A stretch of 24,586 nt of DNA from Halobacteriaceae archaeon (lineage in GTDB: Archaea > Halobacteriota > Halobacteria > Halobacteriales > Halobacteriaceae). The number at the start of each line of letters is the position of its first letter. Position 1 is the first letter of the stretch. The notes beneath the pieces are model-generated. The model was not told the DNA's origin and did no database searches. It was given only the letters and a program-made list of their open reading frames with translations. Below, piece by piece: positions 1-9,350 of the stretch. The translations under genes and the position numbers were made by a program. The stretch spans positions 1 through 24,586 of the forward strand of contig JBDGTS010000058.1 in assembly GCA_042216675.1 (NCBI GenBank), written 5' to 3'.

Positions 1-54
1 TCAATTCGTTAGAGCTGATTCAGCAAACCATGCGAACTCTTCTATGACACCCTC
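1..54. mobile_element. Possible terminal remnant of a haloarchaeal IS (IS5-like)
   Basis: 40-54 TTCTATGACACCCTC (reverse complement GAGGGTGTCATAGAA) resembles, from memory, ISH11-like terminal inverted repeats. 13-48 (..GCTGATTCAGCAAACC ATG CGA ACT CTT CTA TGA) resembles the start region of haloarchaeal IS5 transposases but stops at once. No transposase is in the window. Confidence 0.35.
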
Positions 55-255
55 GGTGAGCCAGAACCAGGGCTGATGCGAGAAACACGCAGAGGAGTCA
101 CCAACGTCGAAGAACCATAGCGTTGGGGCGAGACTCGGTTTTTCAGTGGCGAACTGGACGGTGTTATCGTTGCACGGACCACGAGTCTGCAGGGAGTCGA
201 AACGATGCCTGAATCGTTATAAACACTTATCACTCGATACGCGGTAAATGATACC

Positions 256-2199
256 ATGAAATCGCAGCAGGAGAATAAACCGAAGGGGGTTCTCCACGCC
301 GAAAACATCGGGGGGATCCGAGACACGACGGTCGAGTTCTCGGCGGGAATCACGGTGCTCGTGGGTCGCAACGCAACGAACCGGACGTCGTTCTTGCAGG
401 CCGTCATGGCCGCGCTGGGAAGCGAAAACGTCGCGGTCAAAGGCGACGCCGATGAAGCGTCCGTGTCGCTGGAACTCGGGAACGATACGTTCACACGCCA
501 GTTGAGTCGCCGGTCGGGCGGCGTCGTCACCGACGGTGAGCCGTATCTCGACGACGCGACGCTGGCCGACCTGTTCGCGTTCCTCCTCGAATCCAACGAG
601 GCCCGTCGCGCCGTGGCAGCCCACGACGACCTCCGCGAACTCATCATGCGGCCCATCGACACGGCGAGCATCCAGTCCGAAATCGACCAACTCGTCGACG
701 AGCGGGAATCACTCAAGCGTGAACTGGAAGAGATCGACGGCGTCAAAGGCGACCTCCCGGAACTGGAGGAGAAGCGAACGCGTCTCACGCAGGAAATCGA
801 AGAAAAACGGGCCGAACTCGAGGACAAAGAAGCGGAACTGGAGGCGGCTGACGCGGACGTCGAAGAGACCCGCGAGGAGCAATCCGAACTCGAAGACAGG
901 CTCGAAGAACTGCGGGCGAAACGGTCCCGGCTCGACGACATCCGGTACGACCTCGACACCGAGCGAGAGAGTCTCGAAGCACTCACCGAGGAACAGCGCG
1001 AACTCGAAGCAGAGCGAGACGACCTTCCCGAGACGCCCGTGGGCGAGATCAGCGAGATAGAATCCGAGGTGGAGCGGCTCCGCGAACGGAAGCAGGCAAT
1101 CGAAACGGAAGTCACCGAACTCCAGAGCGTCATCGGCTTCAACGAAGAGATGATGGAGGACGCGGATTCGGCACCGCTCGACGTACTGGCCGACGAGTCG
1201 GCCGAAGCAGTCACCGAGCAGTTGCTCCCCGACGATTCCGTGACCTGCTGGACGTGTGGCAGCGACGTCGACAGGGACCAGATCGAGTCGACTGTCGAGC
1301 AACTGCGCGAACTCAGCCGGACTAAACTGAGTACGGTGAGTGAGCTTGACGACGAAATCTCCGAACTCCAGGCAGAGAAACGGGACTACGAGGAGTCACA
1401 GCGCGAACGCGAGCGAATCGACCGGCGGCTGGCCGAACTCGAGACCGAAATCGAACGAAGCGAAACCACCATCGAGGACCTGCAGGACAAACGGGAGGCG
1501 GCGACGGCAGAAATCGAGGACATCGAAGCGGACGTCGAGCAACTGGAAGACGCCGAGGACAGCCGAGTCCTGGACCTCCACAAGGAGGCGAATCAACTCG
1601 AGTACGAACTGGGCAAACTCGAAACCGACCTGGACCGCGTCGAAGCCGAAATCGACGAGATAGAAGCCCAGATCGCAACGGAAGACGACGTTCAGGCACA
1701 GCTTTCGGAGGTCAAACAGGAAATCGAGAGTCTCCGGACGAAAATCGAACGCATCGAGTCGAACGCCATCGAGGAGTTCAACGACCACATGGACACCGTC
1801 CTGGAGATGCTCGGCTATGCGAACCTGGAGCGCATCTGGATAGAGCGAGTGGAGCGCGAGGTCCGAGAGGGCCGCCAGAAGGTGTCGAAAAGCATCTTCG
1901 AGTTACACGTCATCCGCACCTCTGAGTCCGGGGCAGCGTACGAGGACACGATAGACCACCTCTCGGAGAGTGAACGAGAGGTGACGGGGCTCGTGTTCGC
2001 ACTCGCCGGCTACCTCGCCCACGAGGTGTACGACGACGTCCCGTTCATCCTGCTGGATTCACTGGAAGCCATCGACTCCGAGCGCATCGCGACGCTCGTC
2101 GACTACCTCAACGACTACACGGGTTATCTCCTCGTCGCGCTCCTGCCCGAGGACGCCGCCGCCCTGTCGGACGAGTACGAGCGCGTGACCGAGATCTGA
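256..2199 (+). CDS. Archaea-specific SMC-like protein (Sph family, Sph3-like)
   Basis: 647 aa acidic ORF. N-terminal ENIGGI and Walker A-like GRNATNRTS, two long coiled-coil arms flanking a central CWTC, C-terminal signature-like LSESE, Walker B FILLD and SLEAID. Confidence 0.9.
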   Translation: MKSQQENKPKGVLHAENIGGIRDTTVEFSAGITVLVGRNATNRTSFLQAVMAALGSENVAVKGDADEASVSLELGNDTFTRQLSRRSGGVVTDGEPYLDDATLADLFAFLLESNEARRAVAAHDDLRELIMRPIDTASIQSEIDQLVDERESLKRELEEIDGVKGDLPELEEKRTRLTQEIEEKRAELEDKEAELEAADADVEETREEQSELEDRLEELRAKRSRLDDIRYDLDTERESLEALTEEQRELEAERDDLPETPVGEISEIESEVERLRERKQAIETEVTELQSVIGFNEEMMEDADSAPLDVLADESAEAVTEQLLPDDSVTCWTCGSDVDRDQIESTVEQLRELSRTKLSTVSELDDEISELQAEKRDYEESQRERERIDRRLAELETEIERSETTIEDLQDKREAATAEIEDIEADVEQLEDAEDSRVLDLHKEANQLEYELGKLETDLDRVEAEIDEIEAQIATEDDVQAQLSEVKQEIESLRTKIERIESNAIEEFNDHMDTVLEMLGYANLERIWIERVEREVREGRQKVSKSIFELHVIRTSESGAAYEDTIDHLSESEREVTGLVFALAGYLAHEVYDDVPFILLDSLEAIDSERIATLVDYLNDYTGYLLVALLPEDAAALSDEYERVTEI

Positions 2200-2247
2200 A
2201 CGGCTCCGGCTGCCGAGATTTTGAGTGCGGCTGTTCTCGACGGCACT

Positions 2248-2865
2248 CTACTGTTCGCAGTCACAACCCCGGTCGGTGAGCAACTCGAAGAGGTTCTTGT
2301 GCGTCTCGCAGTCGGTGCAGTGGACGCTGACGTCGACGAGTACGTCGAACTCACCCAGGTTGATGGTTCCCGACTCGCGCAACTGGGTGAGCGTGGTTTC
2401 CGAGACGGCGACCAGTCGGCTCCGAAGCCGATTGATGGTCCCACGGGCGTTCTCCACGCGGTTCGGCGTCTCCTCCGCTTTCTGAACGTCGCGACCTTTC
2501 GTCAGGTACGTGTGGACGGCTTGATGCGTGACGAAATCCTGTTTCAGGGCCTCGACGTCGATGCCGTCACGTTCCAGCACGCTTCGGATTCGCGTTCGGT
2601 CCCCACTGCTGACGTCGTCGTCGGTCAGAAGCCGGTAGATGTGGTCGATGCCACCACTGAACTGCTGGTGGTCGGTCTCGGCAAGCGCGACGCGCAGGAC
2701 CTCTTTGTTGAAGTACTCGGCCAACTCGCGGAGACTATAGGATTCGGGATAGTCACCAGTCCATCGAGCTTCCAGCTGGTCCCCCATCCCCGCGAGCGAG
2801 TATCGGTCGATGACTTTCCCGACCTTGTACCTTGGCCCACCGTTCGCGTCCGCAGACTCGGTCAT
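2248..2865 (-). CDS. rdfA: Rod-determining factor RdfA family protein
   Basis: ~205 aa from ATG 2865 (TTTTAGT box ~25-31 nt upstream). Motifs KVGKVIDRY, SLRELAEYFN, DFVTHQAVHTYL and C-terminal CTDC...GCDC match the haloarchaeal RdfA family; adjacent to an Sph gene as in Haloferax volcanii. Confidence 0.82.
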   Translation of the reverse strand: MTESADANGGPRYKVGKVIDRYSLAGMGDQLEARWTGDYPESYSLRELAEYFNKEVLRVALAETDHQQFSGGIDHIYRLLTDDDVSSGDRTRIRSVLERDGIDVEALKQDFVTHQAVHTYLTKGRDVQKAEETPNRVENARGTINRLRSRLVAVSETTLTQLRESGTINLGEFDVLVDVSVHCTDCETHKNLFELLTDRGCDCEQ

Positions 2866-2965
2866 TACGCCAGTCAAATACCGAGAGTGACTAAAATGTG
2901 TCTCGTCGGACCTGGCCGGCCGTGGTCCTGGCCCCGGAAACTCTCGGGCACGTGAGAACTAGCGG

Positions 2966-3571
2966 TCACGGTGGGTCGGCTGCAGGAGCCTGTTCCAGGT
3001 CCGAACGGGAGGCATCGAGGTCGAGTGCCATGACGATACTGGCGGCCCGCCGGTCGACCTCGCGGAAGCCGAGAGACGTGTACACCCGGATCGCGCTCTC
3101 GTTGTCGGTGGCGACGGCCAGTCGCATCGAGGACTGGCCGTCGGCAGCCGCGTGAGCGATGGCGTGTCGACAGAGTTCGGTCCCGAGCCCACGGTTCTGG
3201 TAGTCCGCACCGACGAAGACGACCAGTTCCGATTCGGCGGCATCACGCGGTGAGTACGCCACGTGCCCGACGACGGTCGTCCCGTCGAACACTAGAAGGT
3301 TCTTGCCCCGCGATACCAGCCGCTCGAGCCAGGATTCGATCTGGCGGCGCGTCAGCGGTGGTAGCGACATCGACCGGTGGCGTTCCGGATACGCCTCGTA
3401 GAAGGCCACGAGGGGTTCGAAGTGCTCGTCGGTGTACTGCTCGACGTGATATATCGCGCCGTGGTCGTCGACGAATCGTGGGCAGCGTGGCGGACACACT
3501 GCCGTGCCGTCACAGTTCGTGTGATCCCATGGGACGCCCCCAGCCACGCCCGAGTGCAGGTTAACGCTCAT
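2966..3571 (-). CDS. GNAT family N-acetyltransferase with Cys-rich N-terminal extension
   Basis: Acetyl-CoA motif A FVGADYQNRGLGTEL and motif B NESAIRVYTSLGF; N-terminal CDGTAVCPPRCPRF. Start ATG 3571 (alternative GTG 3580). Confidence 0.85.
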   Translation of the reverse strand: MSVNLHSGVAGGVPWDHTNCDGTAVCPPRCPRFVDDHGAIYHVEQYTDEHFEPLVAFYEAYPERHRSMSLPPLTRRQIESWLERLVSRGKNLLVFDGTTVVGHVAYSPRDAAESELVVFVGADYQNRGLGTELCRHAIAHAAADGQSSMRLAVATDNESAIRVYTSLGFREVDRRAASIVMALDLDASRSDLEQAPAADPP

Positions 3572-4403
3572 GTGTTCCACCTAGTAGAACGGAGGGTGCC
3601 ACAACCAATCAACGCTCGCCAGTCTATGTCGGCGGTATTAAATACCCTGGATAATCACGGACAGGACTTCGGCTCGACTCGTCACCGACCGTTCGATATC
3701 ACTCACCGAACAACATTTCAGAGAAGATATTATATCCGTCTCTAACGATTGTCAAAACGGTCACGATACGTCCTGGACCGAACTACAGTACACGTAGCCG
3801 AACGGTGTACCGCCCTGAATCGACGCTCTGGACGAAGGATTGGGCCAGCGATATTATATGCAAAATTACTATTACTATGTCTACCAATGTATGTGTTTGA
3901 GATGCCATCACCAATCAGAGTTTTTCATGACCTCTGCGCGAAGGCCATTACAGAACTAAAGCTGTAAACCCACTGTGGCGACGAGAATCGCACCACGGCG
4001 TTGCTGCCCCTATTGTTATTCGAATTAGTCGAACGGCTGCAGGTCAAATTGTCGAGATATCTGTGCTCATCGAGCCACCTGTGTCTGGAACCTGTTGCGA
4101 GAACGCCCACTACGTACGAAATACCCATTCTGACTGCCCAGAAGGATGACGTCTGTACGAGCCACCATTCGAATAGTTAGAACAGTCGCACGGGGGGGTA
4201 GCCAGGAGTGTGAACGATTCCCGTTCTGTCCGCCTGTTTGCGAATCTCCAGCGGACCGACCCAGACGACACAGACCACGATTTTACATGATTACTCTTCT
4301 CACTGTTTGTAGCAGTACGGAATAGAGGCAAATTGAGGACCACACGCGTTGGTTTCACTCACGATGAACAGAGTTATTCCATCTCGGTCCATTGATTCTG
4401 GTA

Positions 4404-5156
4404 ATGGGACAGAACACCACGGTCGGCTCGGATGAACGGATGCTCGACATCATCGAGGCGTTGAAAGAGCGGACGGCCGCCGGGGTGACGGAGTTAGCCG
4501 AGGCGCTGGAGATGCCGAAAAGTACCGTCCACGTCCACCTGTCGACCCTCAAAGAGCGAGGGTACGTCGTCCAAAACGACGCACACGAGTACCGCCTCAG
4601 TCTCCGGTTCCTGGACATGGGGATGATGATACGCCAAACCCAGGACATGTATGACGAGGTCATCCCCAAGCTCAACCAGCTCGCCGAGGAGACCGAAGAG
4701 AAGGCCTGGTGGACCGTCGAAGAGAACGGCAAAGCGGTGTTCATCGCGAAGGCCGTCGGCAGTCGTGGTATCCGGACGAACGCCCACATCGGCCAGCACA
4801 TCGAGCTCTATCGACTGGCCGCCGGCAAGGCGATCCTGGCCAACCTGCCGGACGAACGGAAGAACGCCATCATCGACGGATACGACTTCCCGCTGGCCGA
4901 TGGCAAGAGTCGCGAGGACCTGGAACGGGAACTGGCAGCGATACGGGAGAACGGCGTCGCGTACGGGACCGAACGGTTCCTGCAGGGCGTCTCCGGCATC
5001 GGCGTCCCACTGAAGGACAACGCCGGGAACGTCTACGGAGCCATCAGCGTCTCGGGACCGGCGAACCGCCTCGACAGCGACCGGGTGGAGAACGAACTGA
5101 CGAATCTCGTCCGGGGCATCTCGGGTGAACTTCGAGTCAATCTCTCGTACAGGTAG
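4404..5156 (+). CDS. IclR family transcriptional regulator
   Basis: N-terminal HTH GVTELAEALEMPKSTVHVHLSTL; C-terminal effector domain with AAGKAILA, GIGVPL and GAISVSGPANR. ATG at 4404. Confidence 0.93.
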   Translation: MGQNTTVGSDERMLDIIEALKERTAAGVTELAEALEMPKSTVHVHLSTLKERGYVVQNDAHEYRLSLRFLDMGMMIRQTQDMYDEVIPKLNQLAEETEEKAWWTVEENGKAVFIAKAVGSRGIRTNAHIGQHIELYRLAAGKAILANLPDERKNAIIDGYDFPLADGKSREDLERELAAIRENGVAYGTERFLQGVSGIGVPLKDNAGNVYGAISVSGPANRLDSDRVENELTNLVRGISGELRVNLSYR

Positions 5157-5311
5157 TTCTATCTATTCGAACGATTAATTATTTCACATCTAACGTTTCG
5201 GACCCCCTCACACTGTAGAGTGGTAGATAGAGGTCGTGAAGCGTATTCTAGCTGTTCGAACGGATGCCGACTGGTGTGTGGTGACGGACCGGAGAGAGAA
5301 GGGGCCGGGGC

Positions 5312-5713
5312 CTACGACTCGGCCTCGTTCTCGCTACAGATGAGAACGGGGCGTTCGGTGTTCAATACGACGGACTGGGTGACGCTCCCGAACAGCATCT
5401 TGCCGGCCGGCGACCGACTGCGTCCGGCGACGCAGATGGCGTCGGCGTCGAGTTCCTCGGCGGTGTCGATGATAGATTCCGCCGGTTCGCCGCTACCTTC
5501 GCGGAGTTCGACCGATACTCCTGCGTCTTCGAGGAGTTCCTGTGCCCGTTTGACGGCTTCAATCTGGGTAACAGAGGCTCCTTCTGGATTCTCGACGAAA
5601 TCGTGGAGCAGGTACGCACGGATGTTCTCGACCGCGAAGAGGTCGACGACGGTCTCTGCCTGGGCGGTCGCACGGTCGATGCTCTGGTCGATGCCAAGTA
5701 CCACGTCCTTCAT
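5312..5713 (-). CDS. Universal stress protein (UspA family)
   Basis: 133 aa; VVLGID at the N-terminus, GEPAESII, and GRSRSPAGKMLFGSVTQSV (Usp G-x9-GS motif). Confidence 0.9.
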   Translation of the reverse strand: MKDVVLGIDQSIDRATAQAETVVDLFAVENIRAYLLHDFVENPEGASVTQIEAVKRAQELLEDAGVSVELREGSGEPAESIIDTAEELDADAICVAGRSRSPAGKMLFGSVTQSVVLNTERPVLICSENEAES

Positions 5714-5861
5714 AGAGAGTGCTTAGCAGACAGCTCTCAAATATGTATCGCTCGTTTTGACAGTCGCAGTCGCAACGTAGGAACGGCGGTCGGTTGACGA
5801 CGGCGTCGCTCTCGCGTGGAGGTCGGCGAAGGCGAAAACGAGACCGAATACGGTTCCGCGG

Positions 5862-6584
5862 TCAGTCGGCCATGCCGACGCCGAGGTGCTTGTCCAGCAC
5901 TTCGTCGTCCTCACGGACTTCCGCGGCCTGCCCTTCGTGAACGATGTGGCCGTGTTCGAGGATGTACGTGTAATCGGAGACGCCCAGTGCGACGGGGATG
6001 TTCTGCTCGACGACCAGGACGGTGATACCCTGGTCGTTGAGGTCTTCGATGATGTCCTCGATTTGCCGGACGATGTACGGGGCGAGCCCTTCCGTCGGCT
6101 CGTCCAGCAGGAGCAGGTCGGGGTCGGCGATGAGCGCGCGGGCGATGGCGACCATCTGCTGTTCCCCGCCGGAGAGGACGGACCCGGGGCTGTCCTGTCG
6201 TTCCTGGAGGTTCTCGAACATGCCGATGACCTCGTCGACCGACGGGCCGTCGCTCGCATCGACGCCGATGTGCCCCATCTCGATGTTCTCCCGGACGGTC
6301 AGTCCGGGGAATACGCGGCGCCCCTCGGGGACGAAGGCGATGCCGTTGCGGATGGTCTGTTCGGTCTCGAGGGTCGTGATGTCCTCGCCGTCGAAGGTAA
6401 TCGTCCCGGCGTTGGGCGTGAGGTTGCCGACGATGGACCGCAGCGTCGTCGTCTTGCCGACGCCGTTACGGCCGACGAGCGAGACGACGGAGCCGCGTTC
6501 GACGTCGAGGTCGACGCCCTGCAGGACCTCCGTCAGGTCGTAACCAGCACGCAGTCCCTGAATCGAGAGCAGTGGGTCACTCAT
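5862..6584 (-). CDS. livF: Branched-chain amino acid-type ABC transporter ATP-binding subunit (LivF-like)
   Basis: Walker A GRNGVGKTT, VPEGRRVF, signature LSGGEQQM, Walker B LLLLDEP. ATG 6584 overlaps the livG end. Confidence 0.92.
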   Translation of the reverse strand: MSDPLLSIQGLRAGYDLTEVLQGVDLDVERGSVVSLVGRNGVGKTTTLRSIVGNLTPNAGTITFDGEDITTLETEQTIRNGIAFVPEGRRVFPGLTVRENIEMGHIGVDASDGPSVDEVIGMFENLQERQDSPGSVLSGGEQQMVAIARALIADPDLLLLDEPTEGLAPYIVRQIEDIIEDLNDQGITVLVVEQNIPVALGVSDYTYILEHGHIVHEGQAAEVREDDEVLDKHLGVGMAD

Positions 6585-7344
6585 CGCGTGCACCTCCGAG
6601 GTACGCGTCACGGACGTCGTCGTTCGCCGCGATTTCCTCCGGCGTCCCGCTGGCGAGCACTTCGCCGCGGGTCAGCACGGTAATCCGGTCCGAGACGCGC
6701 ATGACGAGGTCGATGTCGTGTTCGATGAGCATCAGTGACTGGTCGGAGAGGACGTCGCCGATGAGGTCCATGGTGTCCTGGGTTTCTTCGGTACTCATGC
6801 CGGCCGTCGGCTCGTCGAGCATGACGAGTTCCGGGTCGGTCGCCAGCACCAGCCCGATTTCGAGGCGGCGCTGGTCGCCGTACGCGAGCGTCTGTGCGTT
6901 CTCGTTCGCGCGCTCGCGGAGCCCGATCTGGTCGAGAATCTCGTCCGTCCTGGCGGTCAGTTCCTCGAACGAGTCCTTGTTCCGGAACATCGCTTCCCGG
7001 CGACTGATGTCGTCGGCGTGGACGGACTGGGCCGCCAGCCGGACGTTCTCACGGACGGTCAGCCCGCCGAAGACGTTCGTAATCTGGAACGAGCGGCCGA
7101 CGCCGCGGTGAACGCGTTCGTGCGGGGGCATCTTGGTAATCTCTTCCCCGTTGAACAGGACCGTCCCGTCCGTCGGGATGAGCGCTCCGGTGATGAGGTT
7201 GAACGTCGTCGTCTTCCCGGCACCGTTCGGGCCGATGACGCTCCGGAACTCGCCGGCCTCGACTTCGAGGTCCACGTGGTCGACGGCGGTGAGTTCGCCG
7301 AACCGCTTGGTCAGCCCTTCCGTCTTGAGAACCGTCTCAGTCAT
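6577..7344 (-). CDS. livG: Branched-chain amino acid-type ABC transporter ATP-binding subunit (LivG-like)
   Basis: GPNGAGKTT, RSFQ, LAYGDQRRLEI, LDEPTAGM, IEHD and C-terminal VRDAYLG. Confidence 0.92.
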   Translation of the reverse strand: MTETVLKTEGLTKRFGELTAVDHVDLEVEAGEFRSVIGPNGAGKTTTFNLITGALIPTDGTVLFNGEEITKMPPHERVHRGVGRSFQITNVFGGLTVRENVRLAAQSVHADDISRREAMFRNKDSFEELTARTDEILDQIGLRERANENAQTLAYGDQRRLEIGLVLATDPELVMLDEPTAGMSTEETQDTMDLIGDVLSDQSLMLIEHDIDLVMRVSDRITVLTRGEVLASGTPEEIAANDDVRDAYLGGARDE

Positions 7345-9325
7345 TCGTGTTCACCTCCGACTCGTCGAAGCCGACCGGTGGTTCGCCCTCCTTGGAACTC
7401 CGTCGACGCTGGGCCAGGAGTGACGGAACCGAGACGAGGCCGCGCGGGACGAACAACACGAACAGCACGAAGATGACACCGATAACCATCCGCCACTGTT
7501 CGGTGTACGACGAGAGGACGTCCTCCAGACCGATGAAGACGCCGGCTCCGAGCATCGGCCCGAAGAGCGTCCCCATCCCGCCCAGCAGCGTCATCACGAT
7601 GATCTCACCGGAGTGGACCCACGCGAGGGTCTGGTCCGGCGAGATGATGAACGTACTCGGCTTGACGGCCAGCAGGCCGCCCGCCATGCCAGCCATGCCG
7701 CCGCTGATGACGAACGCCCGTCGCTTGTACTTCGTCACGTCGTAGCCGAGGAACTCGGCGCGTTCTTCGGCCTCGCTGATGGACTGGAGCACGCTCCCGA
7801 ACGGGGCGTTCATGAACCGCCGCGCGAACAGGAACGAGAGTACGGCCAGCACCAGCGTCGTGTAGTAGAACACGATGTTGGGCGTTATCTCGAACCCGGC
7901 GAGCATGAGTTCTATCTCGCCGAGTTCGGCACCGATACCGGCGATGCCGAAGAACGGGTCCCAGCCGAGCAGGCCGTCGCTGCCGCCCGTGAACTTGAAC
8001 TTGAACACCGCGTTGTAGAACAACTCGGCGAACGCCAGCGTAATCATCGCGAAGTAGACGCCGGAGACGCGAATCGAGAGACTCCCGACGATCCAGGCGA
8101 TGAGAGCGCAGATGAGGATGGCGCCCAGCAGCGCCACGAAGAACGACGAGGTGTAGTGAATCATCACCAGCGCGGCCGCGTACGCGCCGACGCCGTAGAA
8201 CATCGTGTGGCCCAGCGGGACGAGCCCGGTGTACCCCATGACGATGTCGAGACTCAGCGCGAAGATGGCGAAGATGAGTATCCGGTTGAGGAGGATGACG
8301 TAGTACTCGTTCCCAGTCATGAGAACCGCGAAGGGAGCCAGCGCCAGCAGACCGACGAACAGGACCCCGAGTTTCAATCGCAATGACTCGGTGAGCAGGC
8401 CACCGCCGGCGCCGGTGAGGAGGTCGCCCTCCTCGCCGCCTTCGGAGTGCTCGGATTCGCCGAACAGCCCCTGCGGCTTGACCAGGAGCACGGCGATCAT
8501 CAGGATGAAGATCGTCAGCCCCTCGAACATCGGGAGGTACGTACGCGTCATCGTTCGGATGATACCTACGAGGAGGCCGCCGAAGACGGCACCGCGAAAG
8601 CTCCCGAGACCGCCGAGAACCACGATGATGAACGCGGGGATGATGACGCTGTTCCCCATGCCCGTGCTGACGCTCTGGTAGCCACCGAGGACGATGCCAC
8701 CGATGGCTGCCAGTGCGGCACCGAGGCCGAACACCAGCGTGTAGTACTTGTCGATGCCGATGCCGACGTTCCGGACCATCTGGCGGTCCTGGGAGCCGGC
8801 CCGGACGATCATGCCGTACTTCGTCCGGTTTAGGAAGAGCCAGACGCCCAGCGCGAGTGCGCCGGCGAACACGATCATGAAGACGCTGTACAGCGACGTC
8901 TGGACACCGGCGACCCCGACCGGCTGTGAGAGGTAGGCCGGAACGCCCAGGTTCTGCTGTTGAGTCCCCCACACGAGTTTTATCAGGTCGTTTATGATGA
9001 GGACGAGCCCGAAGGTGAGGAGGATGTGATACAGCGGGTTCCGACCGTACAGCGGTCGAATGGTGAACCGCTCGATGCCGACACCCACGATACCGACGAG
9101 CAACGGGGCGACGACGAGCGCCGCCCAGAACCCGAGTCCGACGCCGAGCGCCCCGGTGATGCTGATGGCGAAGTACGCGCCAAGGGCCAACAGCTCTCCG
9201 TGGGAGAAGTTGATGACGTCCATCACGCCGAAGATGATGGAGAGCCCTGCAGCTAACAGGACGTACACCATCCCGAGGGTGACGCCATTGATGAGTTGTT
9301 CGCTAAGGTCTGCTACAACTGACAT
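7337..9325 (-). CDS. Fused LivH-LivM type ABC permease
   Basis: 662 aa hydrophobic ORF. The N-half is LivH-like (GLSIIFGVMDVINFSHG...KPQGLFG) and the C-half is LivM-like (GYTGLVPLGHTMFYGVGAY...GGMGTLFGP...PRGL), joined by an acidic Gly-rich linker. Confidence 0.92.
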   Translation of the reverse strand: MSVVADLSEQLINGVTLGMVYVLLAAGLSIIFGVMDVINFSHGELLALGAYFAISITGALGVGLGFWAALVVAPLLVGIVGVGIERFTIRPLYGRNPLYHILLTFGLVLIINDLIKLVWGTQQQNLGVPAYLSQPVGVAGVQTSLYSVFMIVFAGALALGVWLFLNRTKYGMIVRAGSQDRQMVRNVGIGIDKYYTLVFGLGAALAAIGGIVLGGYQSVSTGMGNSVIIPAFIIVVLGGLGSFRGAVFGGLLVGIIRTMTRTYLPMFEGLTIFILMIAVLLVKPQGLFGESEHSEGGEEGDLLTGAGGGLLTESLRLKLGVLFVGLLALAPFAVLMTGNEYYVILLNRILIFAIFALSLDIVMGYTGLVPLGHTMFYGVGAYAAALVMIHYTSSFFVALLGAILICALIAWIVGSLSIRVSGVYFAMITLAFAELFYNAVFKFKFTGGSDGLLGWDPFFGIAGIGAELGEIELMLAGFEITPNIVFYYTTLVLAVLSFLFARRFMNAPFGSVLQSISEAEERAEFLGYDVTKYKRRAFVISGGMAGMAGGLLAVKPSTFIISPDQTLAWVHSGEIIVMTLLGGMGTLFGPMLGAGVFIGLEDVLSSYTEQWRMVIGVIFVLFVLFVPRGLVSVPSLLAQRRRSSKEGEPPVGFDESEVNTND

Positions 9326-9350
9326 TTAAATCAATTTAGGTTGGGGAAGT

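Noticed and set aside
42-1788. Long antisense ORFs over the sph gene (390, 197, 130 aa, etc.)
   Set aside because: Ser- or Leu/Val-rich shadow frames produced by GAG/GAC-rich coding on the opposite strand.
256-2865. Sph/RdfA as a Wadjet/Lamassu-type defence system or Rad50-Mre11
   Set aside because: No nuclease, effector or kleisin gene is adjacent, and the motifs match the haloarchaeal Sph/RdfA families.
3749-4358. Short ORFs (72, 67, 82 aa) in the long intergenic region
   Set aside because: Basic, non-halophilic composition, non-ATG starts and no motifs.
9327-9338. TAAAT-CA-ATTTA dyad between the binding-protein and permease genes
   Set aside because: Arms are only 5 bp in an AT-rich spacer, too weak to call.
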